This document shows, piece by piece, positions 9,570 through 19,384 of a stretch of DNA of 64,000 nucleotides. The translations under genes were made by a program, and so were the position numbers. The first letter of the stretch is position 1. Each line of letters begins with the position of its first letter. Source of the DNA: an uncultured Pseudomonadota bacterium (GTDB taxonomy: Bacteria; Oederibacteriota; Muellerivitia; Muellerivitales; Muellerivitaceae); contig CAVYRH010000026.1 in the NCBI GenBank assembly GCA_963770835.1, forward strand, positions 640,001 through 704,000, read 5' to 3'. The notes beneath the pieces are model-generated. The model had not been told where the DNA came from. It was given only the letters and a program-made list of their open reading frames with translations, and did no database searches.

Positions 9570-10955
9570 ATGACCGAAGTCCCCCTCAACCTGCCGATCG
9601 ACGAAAAAGAACTCAACCTAGTGGACGGGTTCCGGCAAAGCCGGAACACTTCCGTGCTTACTATTATGTTCACGGATATCCAGGGTTTCACCAAGCTCAC
9701 CGAGGAGCGGGGGGACGCCTTTTCCAACGAGATGCGGCGGGCCCATGACGGCATCCTGGTCCCCGTGATCGAGCGGGATGGCGCGGGACGGGTGATCAAG
9801 CACATCGGCGACGCCGTGATGGCGGTCTTCTCCGAGCCTTCTACGGCGGTGGCGAGGGCCCTGGAAATCCAAGATGGACTCCGGAAGTACAACGCGGAGC
9901 ATCCCAACCAGCCGCCGCTTCTGGTTCGCATCGGGCTGCACATGGGCCAGGTGACGGTGGAAGACAAGATGAGCATGGACGTCTTCGGCCGCCACGTGAA
10001 CCGGGCCTCGCGGGTGGAAGGGTTGGCCGGGGGAGGCCATGTTTACCTCACCTACAGCGTGTTCGACTCGGCCAAGGGCTGGCTGGCGGGACGGAGCGGG
10101 GAAGCGGTCTGGGCTTCACACGGGCGTTACCGGGTGAAAGGGATCGACGAACCCCTGGAGATTTACGAAGTCTTCCGTCCCGGCGCTGTCAAACCGCAAG
10201 CGCCCCAGGGCGCCAAAAAGCAAACGAATTTACCCCGCTTCTTGCCCGCGGCCGGGCTGGTGCTGGCCGGCGCCCTGGCGGTGATGGGGTTCCTGGCTTT
10301 CGCGAGGACGACCGTAACCTTCGAGGACCTGGGCGTGCGCACCGACACGACGGACGTCTTATTGGAAAACAAGACCCGGCTTCAGTTTGAGGGGGAGCCG
10401 GGGGACCACTTGCGCAAATGCCTCACCCCGATCAAAACCGGTCCTCACCTTATTTATTACGACGTCAGTTATATCACCCGTTATTACTCCCCGATTACCG
10501 TCGTGCGGGGGCGGAACATCCTTCGGCCTTCCTTTGAGTACTTCGGCATGCCGGGTTTACAGGGGAATACCAGCTTCGAGCCCCACGGTAAAAACGAAGA
10601 GACCTTCACCAACTCCACCGACTATTCCACCTACGACGATGCCCTGGTCAAGCATGACCACAAGGCGGCCATTTCATTTACCGTCAAGTCCGCCGCCGGC
10701 AATAAGGTGCCCGCCGCAAAGGGAGTGAAGAAACACACTACCCTTTTTTGGTCCATCAACTGGAACGTGACTCTGGACGGCCAGCCGATTTCCGCGGACA
10801 AGGTTGTCGTCGAGCATGACCCCGCTTCCCCCGATGAACCCGAAATCAAAAAGAACCTTTGGGGAGACGCGCGGCACAAGTATGTGCTGACTTACATTCT
10901 TATGGGAACCAGCGCCCAGGTCGAGATCCAAGCCCAGTACGCCGAATACAAGTGA
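9570..10955 (+). CDS. Class III adenylate cyclase with one TM helix and an extracytoplasmic C-terminal domain
   Basis: FTDIQGFT, KHIGDAVM, RIGLHMG, DVFGRHVNRASRVE, VKGI; hydrophobic AAGLVLAGALAVMGFLAF. Confidence 0.9.
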   Translation: MTEVPLNLPIDEKELNLVDGFRQSRNTSVLTIMFTDIQGFTKLTEERGDAFSNEMRRAHDGILVPVIERDGAGRVIKHIGDAVMAVFSEPSTAVARALEIQDGLRKYNAEHPNQPPLLVRIGLHMGQVTVEDKMSMDVFGRHVNRASRVEGLAGGGHVYLTYSVFDSAKGWLAGRSGEAVWASHGRYRVKGIDEPLEIYEVFRPGAVKPQAPQGAKKQTNLPRFLPAAGLVLAGALAVMGFLAFARTTVTFEDLGVRTDTTDVLLENKTRLQFEGEPGDHLRKCLTPIKTGPHLIYYDVSYITRYYSPITVVRGRNILRPSFEYFGMPGLQGNTSFEPHGKNEETFTNSTDYSTYDDALVKHDHKAAISFTVKSAAGNKVPAAKGVKKHTTLFWSINWNVTLDGQPISADKVVVEHDPASPDEPEIKKNLWGDARHKYVLTYILMGTSAQVEIQAQYAEYK

Positions 10956-11254
10956 CGGATTGGCCGGGCAAAGCCAACTCGTAAAACTTTAAGTGAATAA
11001 AAAAACCGTTTGTGAGCGAAACCGGGTAGTCATTTAAAAGATGGAAGGGTTCGTTGCTGAAAAAGACGCCGAGCTTTTTTCACCCGAATGACTTACGTTT
11101 TCCATTCGGTAAACTCCCGATGGAGCTTCTCCTTCCGCCTATTTATCCCTTTTATCCGCCGATAAGCCTATAGTGGAACTAAGACCTAGACGACACGAGC
11201 CGCACCCCCCAAATTTCTCGCCCACCGCTTAAGTCCCGAAAGGAAGTTCCCACC

Positions 11255-11611
11255 ATGAAAATCGAGAGGGATTTAGTGTTTGAAAACCTGAACAAAGGCG
11301 GGGCCGTGATTTTAAACGTCCTATCCAAAGCCAAGTTCAAGAAGCTCCATATCAAAGGCTCGGAGAACCTGCCCCTGGGCGAGGATTCGGAGGCCTTTTG
11401 CAAGGAAGCGGAGGAGAGGTTCGGGAAGGACCGGATGTTCATCCTCTACGGCGACCATTTCGGTTTGCTGGACAGCTTCATGGCCACCCAGGCGCTGGAA
11501 GCCCGCGGGATGAACGCCCGCAACTATTCGGGCGGCCTCCAGGAATGGTTCCGTTTGGGCCTGCCAGTGGATGGGACCCAGGTTTCCCCGGAAACGGTAG
11601 AAGACCCATGA
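11255..11611 (+). CDS. Rhodanese-like protein lacking the active-site Cys
   Basis: Paralogue of 9049 (LNVL, KLHIKGS, YSGGLQEW, GLPVDG) with LYGDHFG in place of TYCSGFPC. Confidence 0.8.
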   Translation: MKIERDLVFENLNKGGAVILNVLSKAKFKKLHIKGSENLPLGEDSEAFCKEAEERFGKDRMFILYGDHFGLLDSFMATQALEARGMNARNYSGGLQEWFRLGLPVDGTQVSPETVEDP

Positions 11612-11883
11612 AGGCGAAAAAGGCCGTTTGCCAAAGTTGCGCCTCTCCCATCCTCCGGGATTTCGACAAAGGCAACGAAAGGGATGGTACTCCCTCGGAG
11701 TTCTATTGCCGCCGCTGTTATGCCTTGGGAGCCTTCACCGAACCCAAGATGACCGCAGAGGAGATGCACGAGATCGTGCGCAACCGGGTGATGCGGCTGA
11801 ACTTCCCGAGGTTCCTGGCCAGGCTTTCGGCGGACAGCGTTTATACCCTAAGGCGCTGGGCCCCCATAGCGGGGCTGGTTTAA
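11608..11883 (+). CDS. Zinc-ribbon protein (Zn_ribbon_2-like)
   Basis: CQSCASP...GNERDGT.SEFYCRRCY..G.FTEP.MT..EM and C-terminal L.RW; ATGA overlap with the upstream gene. Confidence 0.8.
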   Translation: MKAKKAVCQSCASPILRDFDKGNERDGTPSEFYCRRCYALGAFTEPKMTAEEMHEIVRNRVMRLNFPRFLARLSADSVYTLRRWAPIAGLV

Positions 11884-11896
11884 GGATAGCCTCAAG

Positions 11897-11928
11897 AAAA
11901 AGAGGCCAGGACAACCTGGCGCCTTTTT
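11897..11928. terminator. Probable bidirectional terminator
   Basis: AAAAAG..GCCAGG-acaa-CCTGGC..CTTTTT between convergent genes. Confidence 0.6.
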
Positions 11929-11987
11929 GACAGTTGGTTCGACGCAGGTTTTAAAGGGAGATTCAATCAGAACCCTTTTCCCAAGCG

Positions 11988-12191
11988 TTAGTGGCCCTGG
12001 TCCTGGTCGTGATGATCCTGGTTCCAATGGTCCCCGTGCTGACGGTGCCAATCATCATCATGGCCGTCCCTCCAGACCCGCCGACCGTGGTCATAATAAT
12101 AAGGAGCCAGGCAGGACAAGTTGAATAGCCCGCCCATCATCAGGATAAGCCACCCCGCCAAAAACCAGGTCCATCCCCTTCGTTTGCGCAT
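11988..12191 (-). CDS. Small exported His/Asp-rich protein, possible lipoprotein
   Basis: GGAGG RBS; basic N-terminus, hydrophobic stretch, LS-C; tail GHDDDWHRQHGDHWNQDHHDQDQGH. Confidence 0.6.
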   Translation of the reverse strand: MRKRRGWTWFLAGWLILMMGGLFNLSCLAPYYYDHGRRVWRDGHDDDWHRQHGDHWNQDHHDQDQGH

Positions 12192-12286
12192 GAAGCCCTC
12201 CTTGTTTTTCGTTTAGCCTATACTCACAACGGAAGGAAAATAAAGAGGCCCGTCCGTTTCTTTGCGGCAGAAATATCCTCCGGAGG

Positions 12287-12658
12287 CTAAACGATCTTGC
12301 AAGGGACCAGGGCATCCTCGTCGAAGGAATAAACCGCGCAGAGGCGATGGTAGCCGTCGGCGATCACCACCCGGCCGTTTTGGGGGTCCCGCACTAGGAG
12401 AAGGGGAGGCAGGGCCTTTCCTTCCTTTATTTTCTTCTGGTCCTTATCCACGTGGGAATTACTCACCCCTAACAGCGACAGCCCCGAGGCCCGGAAGGTG
12501 TCCTTGGCCTTGAATTGGCTTATCCGGGCGTCCTTGAGCTTTTTGACCAAGCCGATGGTCTCGGTTTCCGAGTGAAGCAAACCCAAAAAGGATTGGGCCG
12601 CCGGATAATCCTTGTCCTCGGGCTCGGGAAGCCACTTGATTTCGGTTGCCTCTCCCAT
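12287..12658 (-). CDS. Hypothetical protein with a ParB/sulfiredoxin-like motif
   Basis: AAGGAGG RBS; PLLLVR...VVIADGYHR motif. Confidence 0.65.
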   Translation of the reverse strand: MGEATEIKWLPEPEDKDYPAAQSFLGLLHSETETIGLVKKLKDARISQFKAKDTFRASGLSLLGVSNSHVDKDQKKIKEGKALPPLLLVRDPQNGRVVIADGYHRLCAVYSFDEDALVPCKIV

Positions 12659-12941
12659 CTGCCGCCTCCTTTTGGAAATTCTAAAACAAGCACCTAAAAG
12701 CCTTAGGATTTCATTCCCATCCTAAATTCTTCCTCCAAGGCTTGAAACAGTTGGAAAATTTCACCTGAAAACCCGTCTTCGGCTTTAAATCGGGCCTTTC
12801 CAGGCGCCAGGTCCACTCAAAAAACAAGCGGTCCGGTTTTTTATCCATTTTGATTGGGGATTGGCCGTTTCATTCGTTAAAATTGCTTATCAGGCCTTGG
12901 CCCATTTGCGTGAGACCAGGTTAATTTTACAGGAGTTTTCC

Positions 12942-13310
12942 ATGACCGAAGGGACCATTTTCCTGGATAAGCGGGCCCATTCCCGCTTTTTGGTGAAGAT
13001 CCCCGTCACCTTCAAAGTCCTGGATGAGAAACACAAGGACCAGGCGATCCGTGAAATAGGGGATGAATCAAGGGATGCGCACTCCCTGGACACCAGCCTG
13101 GGAGGCATGTACATCGTCTCGGATAAAGCCCTGAAGCCCAACCACCACCTGAGCCTCAAGATCGCCATGCCGCCACCCGACGATTCCCTGACCATCCTGG
13201 CCGACGTGGTATGGGCCGACGCAAAGGGAGCTGGCCTGCGCTTTTTAGCGATGAAGGAAGAGGAAGTCCGGCTCCTGGAGGCTTTCCTAAAGCGTCTTCA
13301 GGGAAAATAA
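12942..13310 (+). CDS. PilZ-domain (c-di-GMP receptor) protein
   Basis: RAHSR (RxxxR), DTSLGG (DxSxxG), VVW...GLRF; AGGAG RBS before ATG 12942. Confidence 0.88.
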   Translation: MTEGTIFLDKRAHSRFLVKIPVTFKVLDEKHKDQAIREIGDESRDAHSLDTSLGGMYIVSDKALKPNHHLSLKIAMPPPDDSLTILADVVWADAKGAGLRFLAMKEEEVRLLEAFLKRLQGK

Positions 13311-13391
13311 AAGCGGAGCCAGCCCGGCCTTTCCGCCTGAATCCTCCAGACCCTTCCCCGGGTTACTACTAATTTAAGGATCTATCCGGCT

Positions 13392-14285
13392 ATGGGGAAA
13401 AAATTAAAAGGCGGCTGTTTTTTCCTTGGCACCCTTATTTTTCCCGCGGCTCTAATGGCCCTTGGGTTAATTCCTTTTCAGCCCGCGATGGCCGCCGCCG
13501 TTACTACCAGCGCCCAGTACCAGGCTGTGCCGGTCGGTTCTTATATTGTGCAAACCGACTACTGGAACAAGGAGCAATGTCCCGGGGAGCAAAGTCTTGA
13601 GATCGACGACCAGACCGGCGCCTTCACTTTGACAAAAACCACTTACCATTGCTCGCCCACCGTGGCCGCCTATCCTTCCATCATCTACGGATGCGCCTTC
13701 GGCGAGTGCAGCCCCCAAAACGACCTGCCCGCCCCTGTGAGCGCCCTGGCCTGCGTGAAGAGCGACTGGAGCTTCAGGCCCCCGGACTCGGGTGCATGGG
13801 ACGTGGCTTATGACATTTGGGTTTGCCCGGACAACCACTGCGGGCCCAGCGGATTCAATGGCGGGGCCGAGGTGATGATTTGGCCCGATTACCAGGGGGC
13901 CCACGGCTGGCAATATGACATGGGTTCGGTGACGATTGGCGGCTTGGGATGGGAAGTCTGGCAATTCGACGGAAAAGCGGGAGACAGCCAGTGGAAATAC
14001 GTGGCTTACCTGGCTCAAAACCCTTTTACTTCGGTAAAGAACCTAGATATCAAGGAATTCCTGAACGACTGCCAAACCCGGGGCTACATTAAGCCGGCCT
14101 GGTACCTCTATGCCGTGGAAGCAGGGATTGAAATTACTTCAGGCGGAGTGCCTTTCACGAATAAGAGCTTTTCGGTTTCCGTGAACAAGGATTGCGGGGT
14201 TAAACCCGTCTTCACACTACTGCCGACCTTCACACCAACGGCCACGCCGGACTTAACGCCGCAGGAAATTCCGCCACCACCCTGA
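13392..14285 (+). CDS. Secreted GH12 endoglucanase
   Basis: AYPSIIYG, WDVAYDIW, GAEVMIW (nucleophile Glu), VEAGIE (acid/base Glu); signal peptide; Thr/Pro tail. Confidence 0.88.
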   Translation: MGKKLKGGCFFLGTLIFPAALMALGLIPFQPAMAAAVTTSAQYQAVPVGSYIVQTDYWNKEQCPGEQSLEIDDQTGAFTLTKTTYHCSPTVAAYPSIIYGCAFGECSPQNDLPAPVSALACVKSDWSFRPPDSGAWDVAYDIWVCPDNHCGPSGFNGGAEVMIWPDYQGAHGWQYDMGSVTIGGLGWEVWQFDGKAGDSQWKYVAYLAQNPFTSVKNLDIKEFLNDCQTRGYIKPAWYLYAVEAGIEITSGGVPFTNKSFSVSVNKDCGVKPVFTLLPTFTPTATPDLTPQEIPPPP

Positions 14286-15129
14286 TCTCAAAACGGGATA
14301 CAAAGAAAAAAATAGAAACAAAGCTTCCAGCGGAATTTGAAAAAAGGGAACAACCGATAGAAGAGAAAAAACTTGTACCCCTCGGTAAGGGCTGGCGCGG
14401 GAATGCTGGGCCTGGGACATTCTTCCGAATTTTTCCTTTTTAGCCATACCCGCCAGGCTTTTTGGGGATTCAAACCACAAACTCAAGTCTTTCCTGGGCA
14501 TAAAACTTAAACCTTTGAACATGACGCCCCCCTTCTTCAAAAACCATACTTTTTTCCAGGCCGTCCAGGCCTTGGAATCTGGACGGGGGCGGATCAACGC
14601 ATGAACCAACAATGTTCTAAATTAGAATTTTAAACCTGAGTTGTCAGCGTTTTATCCGCACCCCTCCCGGTTCCAAAAACCCCGGCCCGTGATGGAATTC
14701 CCGTTCCCCCATTTCAGGCCCGGATCCTCTTGGGATGGACCCGGGCCACTCGATTCGGCGGCTTTGTGAAGCATTAGTAGGTAAAGCATATGCCGTACCA
14801 ATTGGATACGATGAAAGGGAAATGGATCATTCTGAATTTTTTCGTGATTTTTTTCACCCGTGCGGATCTTTTCTGTTCTGGAAAGGATATGTAAATGATT
14901 TTTGATATCCAATTGGGAAAGGAAACCGGTTGAAAAAAGAAAAAGCCTATTACGACAATCGGAACAGATTTGTAGAAACAGCTCAAAGGTCCGAACGCTC
15001 TTGTAGGATCGGAAGCCGGCCTCTGGATTTTTTTCAAAAAGTTTGAAACCTGAAACTTTCGCGGCACGTCCTGCGTCTCAAGTGCGGGACACGGTTGGGT
15101 CCTAAAATAAAATTCAAGCGAGGGTTTTT

Positions 15130-15339
15130 ATGAAAAAGTTACTGTTTGCGTTGATGGCGGCCTTGCTCCTGGGTTCTGTAGCCGGTCAGGTTTTGGCGGA
15201 TGATGCCGCTCCTGTGGCCAGCCCCGCGGCGGCCATGGCGGCGACGCCGGATGCCACTCCGATGCCGAAGCCCAAGAAGCACAAGCACAAGAAACCGAAG
15301 ATGGAGGCCACCCCGGTGGTGACGCCGGCCGCCCAGTAA
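15130..15339 (+). CDS. Small secreted Ala/Pro/Lys-rich protein
   Basis: GAGG RBS, signal peptide MKKLLFALMAALLLGSVAGQVLA, terminator directly downstream. Confidence 0.7.
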   Translation: MKKLLFALMAALLLGSVAGQVLADDAAPVASPAAAMAATPDATPMPKPKKHKHKKPKMEATPVVTPAAQ

Positions 15340-15384
15340 GGATAGCCGTAAAAACGCCCGCTTTCTTTTAAAGGGACGTTTTGG

Positions 15385-15416
15385 AAGCCCCTGGATTCTT
15401 TCCAGGGGCTTTTTTT
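15385..15416 (+). terminator. Rho-independent terminator
   Basis: AAGCCCCTGGA / TCCAGGGGCTT stem plus T run. Confidence 0.85.
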
Positions 15417-15460
15417 ATTATGACGACCGTTGAATTTCTATAGGTTTAGAGGAATCTTCT

Positions 15461-15997
15461 TCAGGGACTAGGACGGGAAGACTTCAAAAACTCCCGGAAA
15501 AAATCGATGAAATACTTGTGCTGGAGATAGGTGAACTCAAAAAAAGCGTCCCGGAGATCGTAATTCATGGAATCCCCCAGCCGCGAAAGGACTTCCTTAA
15601 CGCAAAAATAGCGGGGGCCGGGGCCCTTCGGGTCTTCCGTGCTTTCCCAGAAGGCCTGCAGCCCTTCCGCCACACCCAGGATTTCCTGGCACCGGTCCAT
15701 CAGTTCGGCCCCGTCCCTCAATTTCACCAGGTTTTGCCGCCGGAGTGATTCCGCCACGTAGTCATCGATGACATCCTGCCGGTCCTCTCCCATGATTTCC
15801 AGGGCGACGAAGTCCTCTTTCATGGTCCGCACCAGGTTACAGGCGCTCAGCCCCAAGATTTGTTTCAACAGATCCCCGGGTTCGACCCCCACGGAAAAGT
15901 TCTTTTGCTTTAGGATTTCCAGGCTTTCCGCGAGGCCGGTGGTTTGGACCAGCTTTTTGGCTATTTCCAGGCTTTGATTCTTATCCAGGATAAGCAT
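15461..15997 (-). CDS. Hypothetical protein
   Basis: 178-aa ORF with GAAGGGA RBS and ordinary composition; no recognisable motif. Confidence 0.6.
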   Translation of the reverse strand: MLILDKNQSLEIAKKLVQTTGLAESLEILKQKNFSVGVEPGDLLKQILGLSACNLVRTMKEDFVALEIMGEDRQDVIDDYVAESLRRQNLVKLRDGAELMDRCQEILGVAEGLQAFWESTEDPKGPGPRYFCVKEVLSRLGDSMNYDLRDAFFEFTYLQHKYFIDFFREFLKSSRPSP

Positions 15998-16116
15998 GAA
16001 TCCCTTCCGTTCTCTTTTTCCTGAAGCGGATAATACTAAGATTTTAACGGATGGACAGCCCCGGCACTGGATAAAAGAGGGAAGACGGGATTTTTTTACC
16101 GGCCACTTTCTTGGCT

Positions 16117-16944
16117 TTAAAAAGCCCGCGCCGCCATCAATTCTGTCGAACCAGAAGGCGAATCACCGACGGATTCGCCGAACTCGAACAGCCAGTCTCC
16201 CGGCTGGAAGGCGATTTGGGGAACATAGGACCAGGAAGTCTCATTGAAGGAAGAAGAGGCTGAGAAATCCGCTTCCACCTGGAGGTACCATTCGGTCGTC
16301 AGGCGATAGCCGAGATCGGTGTTGAACTGCCATTGGCTCGGCACCTTGGGGTTAATGCCGCCCTGGTAATCATAGTCGGCCTGCAGGAAAAACCGCCCCA
16401 TCCGGTAGCCTCCCAGAGCTTCGACGGACCAACTGCTTCCAATCCAGGGAAAAGTGGAATTGGAAAAGCCGTAAGAGCCCCCTGCCTCGATCGAAAAGGC
16501 TCCCGCCTCCTCGTCGTTCCATCCCCCGAAATGGTAGGCTTCGTAGCGAAGGAAGAGCCCCACAGGCATCAAAACCGCCGCATTTTGCCCCAGGGGTTCA
16601 AGAGTGATGAGGTTTGGAAAGTCGGCCTCCAGGCCCCAGTCTTTTTCCAGGCTGACCAGCCCTTCGCCGTAAAGATAAATCCCATGATGGGGGGAAGTAT
16701 CGTTATTGAATGTGGTTTCGAGGTAATAGGTAGTTTCAACCTGGGCCGAATCGGTATTAAGGGCACGGATGAGGCCGGGGTCATCTGACTGCGCGAAGGA
16801 GGGGCGGACCGGAAGGGCCATCCCGAGAGTGATTCCCAATAAGAAAACGATAGGGATGCCGGCCTTAGGCTGGTTCACGGGGTTGAAGTACCTTTCACGG
16901 CCGGCCTCTTCAAGGGTCGGCAAACCTTCAAACTTTAACGCCAA
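16117..16944 (-). CDS. Hypothetical exported protein, possible outer-membrane beta-barrel (start uncertain)
   Basis: Signal-like segment ending SFA-Q; alternating aromatic/Gly strands; C-terminal Phe. Confidence 0.55.
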   Translation of the reverse strand: MALKFEGLPTLEEAGRERYFNPVNQPKAGIPIVFLLGITLGMALPVRPSFAQSDDPGLIRALNTDSAQVETTYYLETTFNNDTSPHHGIYLYGEGLVSLEKDWGLEADFPNLITLEPLGQNAAVLMPVGLFLRYEAYHFGGWNDEEAGAFSIEAGGSYGFSNSTFPWIGSSWSVEALGGYRMGRFFLQADYDYQGGINPKVPSQWQFNTDLGYRLTTEWYLQVEADFSASSSFNETSWSYVPQIAFQPGDWLFEFGESVGDSPSGSTELMAARAF

Positions 16945-17080
16945 ATACCGGGTTCCGCAACCTGGTAAAGTACCATTCCTTCCAATTTCTTATTTCCTGA
17001 AACCATTTCCTCTCTTCCCTATAATCAGTAGGTACAGCCATTGGTAAACCGCCGTATCACTCCCCTTACTTGAGGAAATC

Positions 17081-18124
17081 ATGCGCCTAAGAACTTTTTT
17101 CTTCCTTTGTCTCATTCTTCCGTTTTTAGCAGGGTGGGGCCATTGGGGGCCCGAAGTTAAGGTCGGTTTTTCCCTGGATAACGCGAAGGGCCGGGAAGCC
17201 TTGATTAAGGACATGAATGACGAAATGGCAGACAATCGAGGCGACCTCCTCCTCCGGGACGCGAAAGGGGACTCTGCCACGCAGGAGGCCCAAGTAAAGG
17301 ACTTGATCGCCCAAGGCATCCAAGCCCTCGTAGTGATTCCCGCCGATCCCGCCAAGGCCGCGCAACTCTTGTATGTTGCTCATCAGGCTGGCATCAAAGT
17401 GATCTCGCTGGAGCGCCCGATACCCGGCTGCGGATTGGACTATTTCATCGCTTTTAACCAAGAGAAGGCTGGTGAATTGCAGGCGGCCGCTTTAGTAAAG
17501 AAGGTGTCCCAAGGCAGGTACATTCTTTTAGGAGATACTATGGATTGGGCAGGGAGCCTTCGGGATGGGCAAAGAAAAGTTTTGAATCCCTTGATAGGAC
17601 GGGGAGATATTCTAATTGGGTACACGGAAAACCAACATCCTGAGAAGTCTTCAACCCCCGAAGAAATTGCAAAAGCATTGGAACCCCTTTTTGCCGGTTC
17701 CTATAACAATATAAAAACTAATCCACCAGGCCCGAATATAAATGAAAAAATGAAAGCGGTACTGACATCGGACAACGTCTGGTCCGAAGGAGTCGTCCGT
17801 GCCCTACAAAAAAATGGGTTATCCGGCAAGGTGCCATTGGCCGGTGATGGGGAAGACCTGGAAACCTGCCGAAGGATCGCTTCTGGGACACAAACCTTAA
17901 CGATTTATCATTCGCCTAAAAAGCTGGCCGCCGAAACCGCCTACCTGGCCGCCAAACTGGCCCGAAAGGCCACCGAGTTCGACTGCCAGTTCACGGATGT
18001 GGATAACGGAGGGGTGACAACCAAGGCCGTTCTTTTGACTCCCATGGTGGTGGATGCCAAGAACCTGGATTCGACTATCATTAGTGATGGGGTACAAAAG
18101 AGGGAAGAAGTTTACGGGAAATGA
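17081..18124 (+). CDS. Sugar ABC-type periplasmic binding protein (XylF-like), solitary
   Basis: DAKGD.ATQ..QV..LIAQGI.ALVV.P, AGIKVI, RIASGTQTLTIY, VLLTP.VVD..N. Confidence 0.85.
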   Translation: MRLRTFFFLCLILPFLAGWGHWGPEVKVGFSLDNAKGREALIKDMNDEMADNRGDLLLRDAKGDSATQEAQVKDLIAQGIQALVVIPADPAKAAQLLYVAHQAGIKVISLERPIPGCGLDYFIAFNQEKAGELQAAALVKKVSQGRYILLGDTMDWAGSLRDGQRKVLNPLIGRGDILIGYTENQHPEKSSTPEEIAKALEPLFAGSYNNIKTNPPGPNINEKMKAVLTSDNVWSEGVVRALQKNGLSGKVPLAGDGEDLETCRRIASGTQTLTIYHSPKKLAAETAYLAAKLARKATEFDCQFTDVDNGGVTTKAVLLTPMVVDAKNLDSTIISDGVQKREEVYGK

Positions 18125-18128
18125 GGGG

Positions 18129-18824
18129 TTACTTCCGCCAGCGGGAAAACCAGTAGCTGCCGATCCAAATGGGCGCGAAGATGAAGGCCACCATGGGAAG
18201 CAGGTGGTCCACCAGCATGTGGCAAGTTTCCCAATGGGCACAATGGAGCTGGATGGTCCCCGCTCCCAAGAGAAAGGCCGAAGCCCCCAGCCAGGCCCCG
18301 GTCCACCCGGGGTAGAAGGAAGCGTTGCGGGAAGCCAGCCAGCCCAGCATGATCCAGGAAGGAACGGCCACCCAAACCACGGTTCTCGCGCAAAACCACC
18401 CGTCGGCCATGTTTTGGGCCAAAACCTGCGAAAGGCTGTCCCGGTCGAAGAATAAAAAGGGCATGCAGAAGAGGAAAAGAACCAGGCTCGCGGACAGCAG
18501 GGGGGGAATGGCGCGGGGAGTGTAATCCGGTTTGCTGGAGGCAATACCCATCCAGGCGCAAAAGGCGGAAAGTGAAAAGGCCAGGAGCAGGAATCCCCCG
18601 GAGATGGGGTCGGTGAGTTTTTCCACGAGCTCAAACTGGGGTCCGATGACGGAAAGTGTTGCCGCCACCACCACCAGCGCAAAGCCCAGCCAGACCAGCC
18701 ATTGTTGGGGGATTGAAAGAGTCGCTTTCAGGGGACGGGTTTCCGCCACGAGTTTTTCCACCAGGCGCCGGTGGTTTTCGGGCAGGTTGTTCAGTATTGT
18801 TTTGGGTTGAATTGGATCCGTCAT
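18129..18824 (-). CDS. Membrane anti-sigma factor, NrsF/DUF1109-like
   Basis: Multiple TM helices, GAWLG, LHC...H motif; ATGA overlap with the ECF sigma gene sets the start at 18824. Confidence 0.8.
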   Translation of the reverse strand: MTDPIQPKTILNNLPENHRRLVEKLVAETRPLKATLSIPQQWLVWLGFALVVVAATLSVIGPQFELVEKLTDPISGGFLLLAFSLSAFCAWMGIASSKPDYTPRAIPPLLSASLVLFLFCMPFLFFDRDSLSQVLAQNMADGWFCARTVVWVAVPSWIMLGWLASRNASFYPGWTGAWLGASAFLLGAGTIQLHCAHWETCHMLVDHLLPMVAFIFAPIWIGSYWFSRWRK

Positions 18825-19384
18825 TTGCTTTCTTCCTTTTTTTGCACCGTCAGGGACTTTCGCAAAAGGGCGTATCCCCGATGGGCCCTCACCCGGAGGG
18901 CAATTTTGGAAATCCCCAATTCTTTTGCCGCCGCATCCACCCTCATTCCCCTGAACTTCAGCATTTCCACCGCCTGCCGGTAGATGGCAGGCAGGGATTC
19001 GAGCGCCAGGCGGAGGCGGTCGTCCATCGTATCCTCGGCGGTTTCCGTGGCGGGGACGGCCGAAAAATCCTCCGTTGGAACTTCGCGCTCCGCGAATTTC
19101 CTGTTCTTCACCAAGGCGGTCCAAGTAGCGTTGCGGATAACCGCAAAGAACCAAGGCGCAAAGGGAAGATCGGTCCTGTAAGTGTGAAGCGCCTTGTGGA
19201 AACTCAAGAGCACTTCCTGGAAGACATCCTCCACGTATTGGCTGTTAAAAACCCTTTTCTTGACGTATCCCTGAACCAAGGGGCTAATTTCCACCAGAAG
19301 GCGCTCATAAGCATTCCGATCGCCTTCACGGGTTTGCCGGATCAACTGGTTCCAGGATCGCCATTGGTCGTCATTGAAGTCCAA
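18821..19384 (-). CDS. ECF RNA polymerase sigma factor
   Basis: GDRNAYERLL, EDVFQE, FAPWFFAVIRN, region 4 AAAKELGIS..ALRVRAHRG. Confidence 0.93.
   Translation of the reverse strand: MDFNDDQWRSWNQLIRQTREGDRNAYERLLVEISPLVQGYVKKRVFNSQYVEDVFQEVLLSFHKALHTYRTDLPFAPWFFAVIRNATWTALVKNRKFAEREVPTEDFSAVPATETAEDTMDDRLRLALESLPAIYRQAVEMLKFRGMRVDAAAKELGISKIALRVRAHRGYALLRKSLTVQKKEESK

Noticed and set aside
14393..14407. Second sigma-54 promoter (TGGCGCGGGAATGCT)
   Set aside because: GG to GC spacing is 9, not the required 10.
14288..15129. Short ORFs or an ncRNA in the long intergenic stretch
   Set aside because: The ORFs look random in composition and lack an RBS; no riboswitch consensus was recognised.
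18606..18630. Further GGGGTCRG matches (here and near 60877) as Y1-type sites
   Set aside because: They lie inside intact coding sequences and lack the heptad repeats.
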